DNA of 64,000 nucleotides from Gemmatimonadales bacterium (GCA_035553475.1 DATNDQ010000054.1:6478-70477); one strand, 5' to 3'. Shown: positions 1 through 9,807, counted from the first letter of the stretch. Notes: generated by a model from the sequence alone, not told the origin. Translations and numbers: made by a program.

Positions 1-148
1 CCACGGCGCCCGCCGCGGCCGCCCACTTGCCATAGTGTACGGCCGCGTGCTTCCACGCCGCCCGCGGAGTCGAATCGACCAGAGAGGTCTGTGCAGAGCC
101 GGTGCGCGCGGCCAGAGCGCACGCCATGAGCACGACGGTCGTCCTCAC
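1..148 (-). CDS. hypothetical secreted protein, N-terminal fragment (continues beyond window start)
   Basis: Reverse-strand reading from GTG at 148..146 gives VRTTVVLMACALAARTGSAQ..., a signal-peptide-like N-terminus. The GTG overlaps the TGA stop (147..145) of the upstream gene, the same GTGA coupling seen at many junctions here. It is absent from the ORF track because it runs off the window. Confidence 0.3.
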   Translation of the reverse strand, partial: MRTTVVLMACALAARTGSAQTSLVDSTPRAAWKHAAVHYGKWAAAAGAV

Positions 149-1245
149 TGGTACGACACCACCTCTCCACGTCCGGCGACGAGAATGAGCCGGCCTCCCC
201 ACACCAGGGGAGGCTGCTCGACGGGTCCGGCCACCGTCACGCGCCACCGCTCCGCGCCGGTGCCCGGGTCGACGCAGCGGACCACGCCACCCACATCGAC
301 GACCAGGACGCCATCGGCGAGGGGCGTCGGCCCGGCGACGGAGACGAGGTTGAGCTCCACGCTTTTTGCCGACGCCGGAGCGTCGAGCGGGACACGCACC
401 AGGCGGCCCGCGCGCGTGAGGACAAAGAGCGTGTCCCGGGCGATGGCCGGAGCACCGTAGACACCCGACCCGACATCTCGTGTCCACACGGTGTCGAGGG
501 TCGCGGCGTCGACGCTCGCGACCGTGCCGGTGACCGTCGCGAAGTAGACATGCGCGCCGTCCGTGGCCGGGGTGCCGAGGACCGCGCCCGGCGTCGGCGT
601 GCGGCGCACAATGGCTCCCGTCGCCGGGTCTACCAGGTACAGGGAGTCGGCCGTAGTGGCGACGACGAGGCCGGCGGTGGTGGAGACGGGGGCCACCTGA
701 ATTGATCCGCTCAGGTGGCGGCGCCAGCGAATGCCGCCGGTATCCGGATTCAGGGCCATCAGCACTCCGGTCTCGGAGCCTGCGAAGAGCCCATCCTTCG
801 TGAGGACCATCGCCGCGGCCACGCCACCGGTCTTCTCGTCCCACACGGTCTTGCCGGTTCGCATTTCGAGTGCATACACGCGGCCGCTCGGGGTCTCCTC
901 CGTCGCGACGTAGACGCGATTGTCGGTGAGCAGGGGGCCGCCACGGATCGTCCCGGCGAGGCGGCGGTCCCAGAGGACCTGTCCCGAGTCGGTGCCGAGG
1001 AGGGCGACCACCCGGTCGGTGGTCCCGACGGCGAGCACGCCCTTTCCGGCCGCGGCCGCGCCCCGGATCTCCCGTCCCGGGTTGGCGCGCCAGGCGGGTT
1101 TCGGGGTCGCATCCAGGCGTTCGGTAGCGTCGATGTCGTGCGCGGGGCTGCCCAAATACACCGGCCAGGTGACCGGCTGGCTCTCGGGTCCGTGCCGGAT
1201 GACCGGTGCGCACGCGATCGCGTTGACAGTGCACAGCACGGTCAC
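145..1245 (-). CDS. PQQ-like beta-propeller repeat lipoprotein (BamB-like)
   Basis: C-terminal 366 aa of the 787-aa ORF 145..2508. Repeated 'G.VYA.d..tG...W' beta-propeller blades are present (RVYALEMRTGKTVWD, LMALNPDTGGIRWR, VRCVDPGTGAERWR). An in-frame GTG at 1245 gives MTVLCTVNAIACAP, a short signal with a lipobox-like AIAC. The upstream part of the ORF is antisense to asnS and therefore spurious. Confidence 0.7.
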   Translation of the reverse strand: MTVLCTVNAIACAPVIRHGPESQPVTWPVYLGSPAHDIDATERLDATPKPAWRANPGREIRGAAAAGKGVLAVGTTDRVVALLGTDSGQVLWDRRLAGTIRGGPLLTDNRVYVATEETPSGRVYALEMRTGKTVWDEKTGGVAAAMVLTKDGLFAGSETGVLMALNPDTGGIRWRRHLSGSIQVAPVSTTAGLVVATTADSLYLVDPATGAIVRRTPTPGAVLGTPATDGAHVYFATVTGTVASVDAATLDTVWTRDVGSGVYGAPAIARDTLFVLTRAGRLVRVPLDAPASAKSVELNLVSVAGPTPLADGVLVVDVGGVVRCVDPGTGAERWRVTVAGPVEQPPLVWGGRLILVAGRGEVVSYQ

Positions 1246-1260
1246 TAGTATGCCGCGCCT

Positions 1261-2559
1261 ATGCCGGAACAGACGCGCATTGAAGCGTTGGCCGACCGCG
1301 TCGGTCAGACGGTCACCGTTCGCGGGTGGGTGATGACCACCCGCTCGAGCGGCAAGATCGCGTTCGTCACGCTGCGGGACGGCACGGGGTACCTGCAAGC
1401 GGTGCTCTCCAAGAAAGACGTGTCCGAGGCCGCCTGGGAGGCGAGCGGACGGCTGACCCAGGAGACTTCCATCGCGGTCACCGGTGTGGTCCGCGCCGAT
1501 GCGCGTGCCCCGGGGGGCGTGGAGCTGACGGTGCAGGATCTCGCGGTCCTGGGTGCGTCGGCCGACTTTCCGATCACGCCCAAGGAACATGGCACCGCAT
1601 TTCTCTTCGAGCACCGCCACCTCTGGCTGCGCTCGCGGCGCCAGGTCGCCATCGCGCGCGTCCGCACCGAAGTGATCCAGGCCATCCGCGACTTCTTCTA
1701 CGAGCGCGGCTTCACGCTGGTCGATACGCCCATCCTTACGGGATCGATCGGCGAGCACGCCGGGACGCTCTTTTCCACCGAATACTTCGATCTCGGCAAG
1801 GCGTACCTGGCGCAGACCGGGCAGCTCTACGTCGAAGCCGCCGCCGCCGCGCTGGGCAAGGTGTATTGCTTTGGCCCCACCTTCCGCGCCGAAAAATCCA
1901 AGACGCGCCGGCATCTGACCGAGTTCTGGATGGTGGAGCCCGAAGTTGCCTGGAACGACTCGAACGACAATATGCAGCTCCAGGAGGACTTCGTCTGCTA
2001 TATCGTCAAGCGCTGCCTCGAACGCCGGAAAGCTGAGCTCCTCGAGCTGGAGCGGGATCTCGCGCCACTCGAAGCGGTGCGCCCGCCGTTTCCCCGGGTT
2101 TCCTACACCGAGGCTGTAGAAAAGCTCAAGACCCTCGGCGCCGACATGGAATGGGGCCGGGACCTGGGCGGAGACTCCGAAACCCTCCTCGCCAAGCAGT
2201 ACGACCGTCCGGTGATGGTCTACAACTATCCGCGGGAGGTGAAGGCCTTCTATATGAAGGAGAACCCGGCGGATCCGCGGACCGTCCTGAACAACGACTG
2301 CCTGGCGCCCGAGGGGTATGGGGAAATCATCGGCGGCAGCCAGCGCGAAGACGACTACGACAAGCTGCTGGGACGCATCCGGCACGAAGGGCTGCCCGAA
2401 GAGGCGTACGGCTGGTATCTGGATTTGCGGAAGTATGGGACCTTCGTGCACGCCGGATTCGGCCTCGGCGTGGAGCGGACCGTCGCGTGGATTTGCGGCA
2501 TCCCGCACATCCGCGAGGCGATCGCCTTCCCGCGGACGCTCTACAAGCTCTGGCCCTGA
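1261..2559 (+). CDS. asnS: asparagine--tRNA ligase
   Basis: The 432-aa ORF has an N-terminal OB-fold (VTVRGWVMTTRSSGKIAFVTLRDGTG), class II aaRS motifs (FRAEKSKTRRHLTEFWMVEPE) and the typical AsnRS C-terminus (GFGLGVERTVAWICGIPHIREAIAFPR). Confidence 0.93.
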   Translation: MPEQTRIEALADRVGQTVTVRGWVMTTRSSGKIAFVTLRDGTGYLQAVLSKKDVSEAAWEASGRLTQETSIAVTGVVRADARAPGGVELTVQDLAVLGASADFPITPKEHGTAFLFEHRHLWLRSRRQVAIARVRTEVIQAIRDFFYERGFTLVDTPILTGSIGEHAGTLFSTEYFDLGKAYLAQTGQLYVEAAAAALGKVYCFGPTFRAEKSKTRRHLTEFWMVEPEVAWNDSNDNMQLQEDFVCYIVKRCLERRKAELLELERDLAPLEAVRPPFPRVSYTEAVEKLKTLGADMEWGRDLGGDSETLLAKQYDRPVMVYNYPREVKAFYMKENPADPRTVLNNDCLAPEGYGEIIGGSQREDDYDKLLGRIRHEGLPEEAYGWYLDLRKYGTFVHAGFGLGVERTVAWICGIPHIREAIAFPRTLYKLWP

Positions 2560-3308
2560 GCCTTCACTTCATCCCAGAGCCGGTCGAGGACTTCGAGTCC
2601 GGCCTGGGCCAGATCGATTCCACGTTCCTGCGCCAGTCTCTCCACGCCCTCAAATCGCGTCTTGAACTTGGCGTTGGCTCTTTCCAGAGCCGCACGGGGA
2701 TCCACACCGAGCTTGCGTGAGAGGTTCACGACCGCGAAGAGCAGATCGCCTACCTCGCTCTCCAGCGCTTCCCGCTTCCCACTTCCCGCTTCCCGCTCCA
2801 CCTCTCCCAGCTCCTCCTGCACCTTCTCCGCCGGTCCCTTCGCGTCAGGCCAATCGAATCCGACGCCGGCCGCGCGCTCCTGAAGCCGATACGCCATGAG
2901 GAGCCGGGGCAGGGTGGGAGGGAGTCCGGCGAGAGTCCCACGTTTCCCGCCTCCCTCGTCCCGCTTCCCCTGCTCCCACGTCTTCGGCTTCTCGCCAAGT
3001 CCGAAGAGATGCGGGTGCCGCCGCCACATCTTCTCTTCGAGTCCCCGCGTCACGTGCTCGGCTCCGAACCAGCCGCGCTCCTCCGCAATGACGACCTGGA
3101 AAGCCAGGTTGAGGAGGAGATCGCCGAGCTCCGCCTGGATATGCGGAACGTCGCCGGCGCCAATGGCTTGATCGAGCTCGAGAGCTTCTTCGACGAGATA
3201 GGGCCTGAGGGATTCCGGGGTCTGCGCCCTGTCCCAGGGGCAACGGGCTCGCAGGTCGCGGACAAGCGCGAGGGCGCGGCCGAGTGAGGCGTCAGCGTCG
3301 TTCGCCAT
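2541..3308 (-). CDS. mazG: nucleoside triphosphate pyrophosphohydrolase MazG
   Basis: The 255-aa ORF carries tandem MazG motifs: CPWDRAQTPESLRPYLVEEALEL, ELGDLLLNLAF, GFDWPD and EVGDLLFAVVNLSRKLGVDP. Confidence 0.85.
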   Translation of the reverse strand: MANDADASLGRALALVRDLRARCPWDRAQTPESLRPYLVEEALELDQAIGAGDVPHIQAELGDLLLNLAFQVVIAEERGWFGAEHVTRGLEEKMWRRHPHLFGLGEKPKTWEQGKRDEGGGKRGTLAGLPPTLPRLLMAYRLQERAAGVGFDWPDAKGPAEKVQEELGEVEREAGSGKREALESEVGDLLFAVVNLSRKLGVDPRAALERANAKFKTRFEGVERLAQERGIDLAQAGLEVLDRLWDEVKAQGQSL

Positions 3309-3373
3309 GGCATAAACATAAGCCCTTTTTAGTCTTGCCTTCAGGTGACGCGATTCATATCATTCGCGCGCCC

Positions 3374-4480
3374 GTGAGCTCCCAGAGCCATCTCCCCTCC
3401 AGCGATCGACACCTTCAACACCGTGCGTGGGTGGAGGTGGACTTCCGTGCGCTGGTGGAAAATGCCCGTACGGTAGCCCAGGTCTCGGGAGCGCCACTGA
3501 TTCCGGTCATCAAGGCGGATGCCTACGGATTGGGGGCGGTCGGCGCAGCGAAGGCGCTCGAGGCACTCGATCCCTGGGGATACGCCGTCGCCACGGTGGA
3601 AGAGGGGGCCGCCCTCCGCGCCGCGGGAATCAACCGCCCACTCCTCGTCTTTTCTCCGGCGCACCCGTCGCTCTTCCCGGAGCTCGAACGTCACCAGCTG
3701 ACCCCCGTCTTCGATCATCTCCCCGCGCTGCGCGAGTGGCGGGTGCGCGGGAACGCGCCATTCCACGTCGAACTCGACACCGGGATGTCCCGCACGGGAG
3801 TGCGGCCAGAGGATCTCGGTGAATGGCGGGAGGCGCTCGACACTCCCGCGTTCGAAGGCTGCTTCACCCAGTTTCACTCGGCCCACAAGGATGTTGACGC
3901 GACGACCGCGCAATGGGAGAAACTGTTGGAGGCGGTCCGCGCCATGCCCCGGCGTCCGACCGTAGTGCACGCGGCGAACAGTGCCGGAGCGCTGCGCGGC
4001 ACGAGCTACGCCGGGGACGCCGTGCGTCCCGGGATCTTCCTCTACGGTGGTGATCCCGGAAAAGGATTGCCGGAAGGGAAGCCGGTCGCGCACGTGCGGT
4101 CGCGAGTACTGAGCGTGCGGCGCATCGCGGCCGGCGATAGTGTGGGGTACGGCGCCACGTGGCACGCAGCGAAGGCGACGACCATCGCGACTCTTGGCAT
4201 TGGCTACGCGGACGGCGTGCGTCGTTCGGTGGTGAAATCGGGGGAGGCGTACGTTCTGATGAAGGACGCGCGGTACCCGTATGCGGGCGTCATCACGATG
4301 GATCTAACGATGATCGACGTCGGTGACGCCAAGGTGGCGCGGGGTGACGTCGCTACCCTGCTCGGCGCTGATGGGACAGAGCTCATCACGCTGGCAAAAC
4401 ACGCGTCCTGGTGTCAGGAGAGTCAGTACGTCATCCTCACCGGCCTGGGACCCCGGCTTCCGCGGGTGCCCGTTTCGTGA
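3374..4480 (+). CDS. alr: alanine racemase
   Basis: ORF 3284..4480 has the PLP-lysine region PVIKADAYGLGA, followed by GYAVATVEEG and a typical Alr C-terminal half. I prefer the in-frame GTG at 3374 because the ORF-track start at 3284 overlaps the divergent mazG start. The start is uncertain. Confidence 0.82.
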   Translation: MSSQSHLPSSDRHLQHRAWVEVDFRALVENARTVAQVSGAPLIPVIKADAYGLGAVGAAKALEALDPWGYAVATVEEGAALRAAGINRPLLVFSPAHPSLFPELERHQLTPVFDHLPALREWRVRGNAPFHVELDTGMSRTGVRPEDLGEWREALDTPAFEGCFTQFHSAHKDVDATTAQWEKLLEAVRAMPRRPTVVHAANSAGALRGTSYAGDAVRPGIFLYGGDPGKGLPEGKPVAHVRSRVLSVRRIAAGDSVGYGATWHAAKATTIATLGIGYADGVRRSVVKSGEAYVLMKDARYPYAGVITMDLTMIDVGDAKVARGDVATLLGADGTELITLAKHASWCQESQYVILTGLGPRLPRVPVS

Positions 4481-5646
4481 CGGCCCGCCGCGCGGGGATC
4501 ATCGTCCTCGATGGTGTGGGTATCGGCACCGCGCCGACGACGGCGGCCTACGGCGATCTCGGGAGCGACACCCTCGGAAATGTCGCCAGAACGGTGGGAG
4601 GCCTCACGCTCCCGAACCTCGAGCGGCTCGGCCTCGGTCTCTGCCGGCCGCTCACCGGGATCGGCCGTCCGAAGTCCCCGGGGGCCGCCTATGGGGTCGC
4701 CTTGCCGGCCTCGGCGGGGAAAGACAGCACGACGGGTCACTGGGAGATCTGCGGCGTGCTCCTCGAACGCCCCTTCCGCACCTACCCGAAGGGCTTTCCG
4801 ACGGCGCTGCTGGATGAGTTCAGCAAGCGAACCGGCCGGGGGTGGCTGGGGAACAAGGCCGCCTCAGGGACAGCCATCATCGCCGAGCTGGGTGCCGAGC
4901 ACCAGCGGACGGGGCACTGGATCATCTATACGTCAGCCGACTCGGTGTTTCAGGTCGCGGCGCATGAAGAAACGGTGCCCCTGGAGGAGCTTTACCGCGC
5001 CTGCCGGGTTGCCCGGGAGCTTCTGGTGGGGGAGGAGGCCGTCAGCCGGGTGATCGCGCGGCCCTTCAAGGGGGTCCCGCCCGCCTACGAGCGGACTGCC
5101 AACCGGCGGGACTTCTCCATTGAGCCTCCCCAAGCGACCTTGCTTGACCGTTTGGCCGACCGGGGGGTCCCCCGGGTGGGGGTTGGGAAGGTCGATGACC
5201 TGTTCGCGGGCCGGAACATCACCAGCGAGCACACCCCGACCAATCCGGACGCGTACCGGCTGATCGAACGGGCCCTCGAGACGATGGATGCCGGCTTCCT
5301 GTTCGTGAACGTCATCGAGTTCGACCAGAGCTGGGGGCACCGAAACGACGTGGCGGGGTTTCACTTAGGGCTTTCCGCCCTGGATGCGTGGATCCCACGG
5401 TTCCTGGAGCGGCTTCTGCCCGACGACCTGATGATATTGACCGCGGATCACGGGAACGATCCGACGACGAAGTCGACGGATCACTCGCGTGAGGCGGTGC
5501 CGGTACTGGTGTGTGGTCCGAAGATCAAGCCGGTCGGCATCGGGGAGCGGTCCACGTTCGCGGACCTCGGCGCCACGGTAGCGGAACACTTGGGGTTAGG
5601 TGGGATCGGGGCCGGGACGTCGTTTCACCGGCAGGTGTGGGCGTGA
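4477..5646 (+). CDS. deoB: phosphopentomutase
   Basis: ORF 4411..5646 contains IIVLDGVGIGTAPTTAAYGDLGSDTLGNV, GHWEICG, FDQSWGHRND and LTADHGNDPT, the metal-binding motifs of phosphopentomutase. The GTG at 4477 overlaps the alr TGA (GTGA). Confidence 0.88.
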   Translation: MTARRAGIIVLDGVGIGTAPTTAAYGDLGSDTLGNVARTVGGLTLPNLERLGLGLCRPLTGIGRPKSPGAAYGVALPASAGKDSTTGHWEICGVLLERPFRTYPKGFPTALLDEFSKRTGRGWLGNKAASGTAIIAELGAEHQRTGHWIIYTSADSVFQVAAHEETVPLEELYRACRVARELLVGEEAVSRVIARPFKGVPPAYERTANRRDFSIEPPQATLLDRLADRGVPRVGVGKVDDLFAGRNITSEHTPTNPDAYRLIERALETMDAGFLFVNVIEFDQSWGHRNDVAGFHLGLSALDAWIPRFLERLLPDDLMILTADHGNDPTTKSTDHSREAVPVLVCGPKIKPVGIGERSTFADLGATVAEHLGLGGIGAGTSFHRQVWA

Positions 5647-6047
5647 CCACCGACGCGGCAGCCACGGAGCTGGTCCGCCGGGCGCGCGAGGCGATGCGGA
5701 ACGCGCACGCGCCCTACAGCAAGTTTCACGTCGGCGCCGCGATCGAAGCCGGAGATGGCACGATCTACGTCGGCTGCAACGTCGAGAGTGCTTCGTACGG
5801 GTTGACGATCTGCGCCGAGCGCATGGCGTTGGGCGCGGCGGTCGCGGGCGGCGCGACGCGCATCGTTCGCGTGGTGGTGACGACGGAGGTCGACCCGCCC
5901 GCGGCACCCTGCGGCGCGTGCCGGCAGTTGTTGGCGGAATTCGGACTGACCATGGAGATCAGGGCGGTGGGTCCCGCCAGCGAACGTCGCTGGACGCTGG
6001 GCGCACTCTTGCCCGACGCATTTACGAGGGAGACACTGGAGCAATGA
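5643..6047 (+). CDS. cdd: cytidine deaminase
   Basis: ORF 5511..6047 has HAPYSKFHVGAAI, the zinc-ligand motifs CAERMAL and PCGACRQ. The GTG at 5643 overlaps the deoB TGA. Confidence 0.88.
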   Translation: MTTDAAATELVRRAREAMRNAHAPYSKFHVGAAIEAGDGTIYVGCNVESASYGLTICAERMALGAAVAGGATRIVRVVVTTEVDPPAAPCGACRQLLAEFGLTMEIRAVGPASERRWTLGALLPDAFTRETLEQ

Positions 6048-6048
6048 G

Positions 6049-7350
6049 TTGAGGATCGGACGCCGGACCCTGCTTGCACTCGGGCTGGCCGCCACCCTGG
6101 CGGCTTGCACCGAGGACGCCACCGCGCCCGGGAAGTGTCCCGCCTTCTGCCCGCCGGGGCAGGTCCAGGTGGTGGACACGATCCTCCACGTGATTTCGCG
6201 GGATTCGAGCTTCACGGGGTATGTGCAGCCCGACAGCGCTCAGGTGATGCTCGCGGCCAACGTGAATGGCCTCGACAGCCGCCCGATTTTCCTGCTGGGA
6301 CCGGTGGGCAACCGGGTCCTGCTCAATCCTCAGTCCACCAGCGACACGACCACCGTCGCGGCGACCTCGGTGGATTCGGCGACGCTGGTCCTGCAGATCA
6401 CACGCCGGGACACACTGGCCTCGAATCTCCGCATCAGTCTGTACCGGCTTCCGCAGACCATCGACAAGAACTCGACGCTGGCGGGACTCGCGGGCCCCTT
6501 CACGGACTCGTTGGTGCGGTCGATCAACGTCGACAGCGTTCTGGCTCTCCCCGGTGGCGTCGATTCGACGGCTGGGGACTCCGTGGCGACGATCGACACG
6601 ACCCACATCGGGTTGAAAATCAAGGTGACCCTCGACTCCGCGCAGGCGCGCTTCATCGCGGCGGATTCGGGGCGCCAGGCGTTCGGCATCCGGATCACCG
6701 CGGATTCGCTCGCCAGCGTGGCCTTCACGTCGGTGCAGGGCGGCGGTGGACCGATCTTCACCTGGTGGGGCACCTTCGACTCGGCCGGCACGGCCGTGCA
6801 CCGGGTCATGGCGATCGCGAACAACTCCTTCAATTCGTTCGTGAGCAACGCGGCGCCGCCGACCCTCGATTCGAATCTGGTCATTGGCGGCGTGCCCTCG
6901 GCGCGGGCGCTCCTGCGGTTCGCGATTCCGCGCCTGATCCGGGACTCGTCGCAGGTGGTCCGGGCGACCCTCTACCTGGTGCCGGTGACCGCGCCGGTCG
7001 GCGTTCCCTCGGACTCGGTAGTGATCACCTTCTCGCGGGTCAGCACGGACATCGGCGCGAAGTCTCCCTGCGTGCCTGACGTGCTGGCGAGCGGGTGTCT
7101 GGCCTTGGGGGATTCGGCGTTCGTGGTTTCGGCGACGGCGCCGATGGGCCACGCCGATACCATCGCCACGGACATCACGCAGATCGTCCGGGGGTGGGCC
7201 GTCGATACGATTTCTCCCCAGACGCTGATGCTGCGCCAGTATCCGGAGGGGGGAAACCTGGTCTACCTGCGAGTCTATTCGTCCCGCTCGGCATTCCAGC
7301 CTGCGCTCCACATCACGTACGTGCCCCGCTACTCCTTCGGGAATCCTTGA
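6049..7350 (+). CDS. hypothetical lipoprotein
   Basis: The 433-aa ORF starts with TTG and has the lipoprotein signal MRIGRRTLLALGLAATLAAC. The Ser/Thr/Asp/Val-rich composition looks coding rather than like a GC shadow. I recognise no family motif with confidence. Confidence 0.6.
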   Translation: MRIGRRTLLALGLAATLAACTEDATAPGKCPAFCPPGQVQVVDTILHVISRDSSFTGYVQPDSAQVMLAANVNGLDSRPIFLLGPVGNRVLLNPQSTSDTTTVAATSVDSATLVLQITRRDTLASNLRISLYRLPQTIDKNSTLAGLAGPFTDSLVRSINVDSVLALPGGVDSTAGDSVATIDTTHIGLKIKVTLDSAQARFIAADSGRQAFGIRITADSLASVAFTSVQGGGGPIFTWWGTFDSAGTAVHRVMAIANNSFNSFVSNAAPPTLDSNLVIGGVPSARALLRFAIPRLIRDSSQVVRATLYLVPVTAPVGVPSDSVVITFSRVSTDIGAKSPCVPDVLASGCLALGDSAFVVSATAPMGHADTIATDITQIVRGWAVDTISPQTLMLRQYPEGGNLVYLRVYSSRSAFQPALHITYVPRYSFGNP

Positions 7351-8450
7351 TGCGCCGCGCGACGATCTGGTGCGTGCTGATGCTGGCGGGCGTGGACGCG
7401 CTGGCGGCGCAGGACTCGCAGTTCGGCATTCGCGGGCTCGGGGCGCCTGGCACGTTCGCCAGCGTGCGCGCCTGGGCCACGGGCGGTGCCTTCGCACCGT
7501 TCGACGGCATGTCGGCGCTGACCGATGCCTCGTTGACGGAGGTCGTGCGTCTCACGGCCGCCGCCACCGAGGTCAGCGACTACCGCACCGTCAACGATGG
7601 GACGAACTCGAGCTCCCTGCGGAGCTCCCGATTCCCGATGCTGCAGGTCGCGGGCCCGGTGGTGGGCCACCTCGTGATCGGGGGTGGGTTCTCGACGTAC
7701 CTGTATCGCTCGTATTCCGTCCAGGTGCCGGGCAGCATCGTCATCCGCGGGGTGCCGGAGAGCTACGTGGACCAGCTGGGAAGCGATGGCGCGGTGACCG
7801 ATCTCCGTTTGGCGGCGGCCTGGCAGTTCAGTCCGCGGCTGTCGGTCGGCGGCGGCGTCCACATTCTCACGGGCTCGAGCAGCCTCACGGCGACGCGGCT
7901 GTTCACGGACTCCGCCATCTACAAGAACGCGTCGCAGACCGATCAGGAGAGCTACGACGGGTTCGGCGTCTCGCTCAGCGTCCTTGCCACCCCGGTGTCC
8001 GGGCTGCGAGTTTCCGGATTCCTGCAGTCCTACAACCACCTGCGGGCCGAAGTGAACGGATTCCAGAACGCCCAGAACGAGCTCCCGACCACGCTCGGGG
8101 GCGCGGTGCAGTGGTCCGTGACCCCGGAGGTGAAGCTCGCCGGCAGCATCACCCACGCGAACTGGTCGGTATCCAGTGCCGCTGGGACCGCGTTCAACAC
8201 GACCAACTGGGCGGTGGGCGGAGAACTCGGACGGGCCATTCCCTTCCGCATCGGACTCCGAGGGGGCCAGATGCCGTTCGGGCCGGGTCCGACTGCGCCG
8301 ACCCAGCTCGGCATTTCCGCCGGAACGGGGTTCACCTTCTCGCAGGGCAGGGGCATTCTGGACTTCGGGATCGAGCATCTGCGGCGAACGGGGGGCGGAC
8401 TCACCGAGAATGGCTGGAATCTGCTGGCCGGACTGACCGTCCGCCCCTGA
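7350..8450 (+). CDS. putative outer-membrane beta-barrel protein
   Basis: An internal ATG of ORF 7095..8450 gives the signal peptide MRRATIWCVLMLAGVDALAAQ. Alternating amphipathic beta-strand-like segments follow (LRLAAAWQFSPRLSVGGGVHIL, GFGVSLSVLATP, LGISAGTGFTFS). The ATG overlaps the upstream TGA (TGATG). Confidence 0.55.
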   Translation: MRRATIWCVLMLAGVDALAAQDSQFGIRGLGAPGTFASVRAWATGGAFAPFDGMSALTDASLTEVVRLTAAATEVSDYRTVNDGTNSSSLRSSRFPMLQVAGPVVGHLVIGGGFSTYLYRSYSVQVPGSIVIRGVPESYVDQLGSDGAVTDLRLAAAWQFSPRLSVGGGVHILTGSSSLTATRLFTDSAIYKNASQTDQESYDGFGVSLSVLATPVSGLRVSGFLQSYNHLRAEVNGFQNAQNELPTTLGGAVQWSVTPEVKLAGSITHANWSVSSAAGTAFNTTNWAVGGELGRAIPFRIGLRGGQMPFGPGPTAPTQLGISAGTGFTFSQGRGILDFGIEHLRRTGGGLTENGWNLLAGLTVRP

Positions 8451-8479
8451 GGGCGTTTCTTCCTCTATCTTTACCCGCT

Positions 8480-9799
8480 GTGAAAACGCGCGGCGTCTAC
8501 ATCGAGACCTACGGGTGCCAGATGAACGTGTCGGATTCCGAGCTCATGCTCGGTCTGCTGACGCGGGAAGGCTTCGCCCTGGTCGATACTCCCTCGGATG
8601 CCGACGTGCTCCTGGTGAACACGTGTGCGGTGCGTGATCACGCCGAGCAGCGTGTGCTGTCGCGCATGGGTGAACTCAAGGCGTTCAAGCGGCCTGGCGG
8701 AGTTCTGGGAGTTGTGGGCTGCATGGCGCAGCGCCTGGGACCACGGCTCCTCGAGCGGGTGCCACAGGTGGATCTGGTCGTCGGCCCCGATGGCTACCGG
8801 AACCTGCCGGAGCTGATCGCCCGTGCCACCCAGGGCACCCGCGCAGCCGACGTCGAGTTTCGTGGGTGGGAGCACTACGAGGACGTACCGGCGCAGCGCG
8901 CCGATGCCGTTTCGGCGTACGTGACGGTGCAGCGGGGCTGCGATTATCGATGCACGTTCTGCATCGTTCCGATGACGCGTGGACCGGAGCGCAGCCGTAA
9001 GTTGGCCGACGTGGTGGACGAGGTTCGCCGGCTGGCGGCGGGCGGCACCACCGAGGTCACGCTCCTTGGGCAGACGGTCAACAGCTACACGGATGGCACG
9101 GCGGACTTCGCCGATCTCCTGCGCGCCGTGGGCGCCGTGGACGGCATTCGCCGCGTCCGGTTCACGTCGCCGTACCCGACGGACTTCACGGAGCGCGTGC
9201 TCGTGGCGATGGCCGAGACGGCCGCCGTCTGCGAACACGTGCATCTGCCGGTGCAGAGCGGGTCGAACGCCGTGCTCAAGCGGATGCTCCGTCGCTACAC
9301 CCGGGAACGGTACGTCGAGGTGGTCGAGGCGTTGCGTCGCGCCCTGCCGGGCCTCGGTCTCACGACGGACATCATCGTCGGGTTCCCGGGGGAGACTGAG
9401 GCTGATTTTTGTGAGACCCTCGATCTGGTGGAGAGGGTCGGCTTCGACGACGCGTATACTTTCAAGTATTCGCCCCGCGAGGGCACGCCGGCCGTACGGA
9501 TCAAGGACGCCGTGCCCGACGACGTCGCGGGAGAGCGGCTGGAGCGGCTGGTGGCAGTGGTGCGGCGCCTCGCGCGCACCAAGAACGTCGGACTCGTCGG
9601 CACCGTGCACGAGGTGCTGGTCGAAGGGTTTGCGAAGCGCGGCGGGCTGCTGCAGACCCGCACGCGCGCGAACAAGGTCGTGCTCGTCGAGGGTCCCGAG
9701 TCGTGGATCGGGACCTACACCAGGGTGCGTCTCACCGGGACCACCGGCTCGACGTTCACCGGATGGCCGGTGGCGCGGGAGTTGTCCGTCGTGGGGTAA
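8480..9799 (+). CDS. miaB: tRNA (N6-isopentenyl adenosine(37)-C2)-methylthiotransferase MiaB
   Basis: This is the C-terminal 439 aa of ORF 7370..9799. Motifs: N-terminal cluster YIETYGCQMN...LVNTCAVR, radical-SAM motif CDYRCTFCIVP, and a TRAM-like C-terminus. The in-frame GTG at 8480 lies just after the upstream stop at 8450. Confidence 0.9.
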   Translation: MKTRGVYIETYGCQMNVSDSELMLGLLTREGFALVDTPSDADVLLVNTCAVRDHAEQRVLSRMGELKAFKRPGGVLGVVGCMAQRLGPRLLERVPQVDLVVGPDGYRNLPELIARATQGTRAADVEFRGWEHYEDVPAQRADAVSAYVTVQRGCDYRCTFCIVPMTRGPERSRKLADVVDEVRRLAAGGTTEVTLLGQTVNSYTDGTADFADLLRAVGAVDGIRRVRFTSPYPTDFTERVLVAMAETAAVCEHVHLPVQSGSNAVLKRMLRRYTRERYVEVVEALRRALPGLGLTTDIIVGFPGETEADFCETLDLVERVGFDDAYTFKYSPREGTPAVRIKDAVPDDVAGERLERLVAVVRRLARTKNVGLVGTVHEVLVEGFAKRGGLLQTRTRANKVVLVEGPESWIGTYTRVRLTGTTGSTFTGWPVARELSVVG

Positions 9800-9807
9800 C
9801 GAACGTG

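Noticed and set aside
145-2508. 787-aa ORF on the minus strand spanning 145..2508
   Set aside because: Only the C-terminal 366 aa (PQQ-like propeller, lipoprotein signal at the internal GTG 1245) look real. The upstream 420 aa are exactly antisense to the well-supported asnS gene. They have the Arg/Gly/Pro/His-rich composition of a GC-driven shadow ORF.
6022-7497. 491-aa minus-strand ORF antisense to the lipoprotein gene
   Set aside because: The translation is extremely Arg/Pro/His/Gly-rich with no motifs, and it is antisense to an ORF with a clean lipoprotein signal. This is a typical high-GC shadow frame.
7370-9799. 809-aa ORF suggesting a large N-terminally extended MiaB
   Set aside because: The first 370 codons are an alternative frame of the beta-barrel gene (7350..8450), with an Arg/Gly/Pro-rich translation. 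MiaB homology begins exactly at the in-frame GTG at 8480, after the upstream stop.
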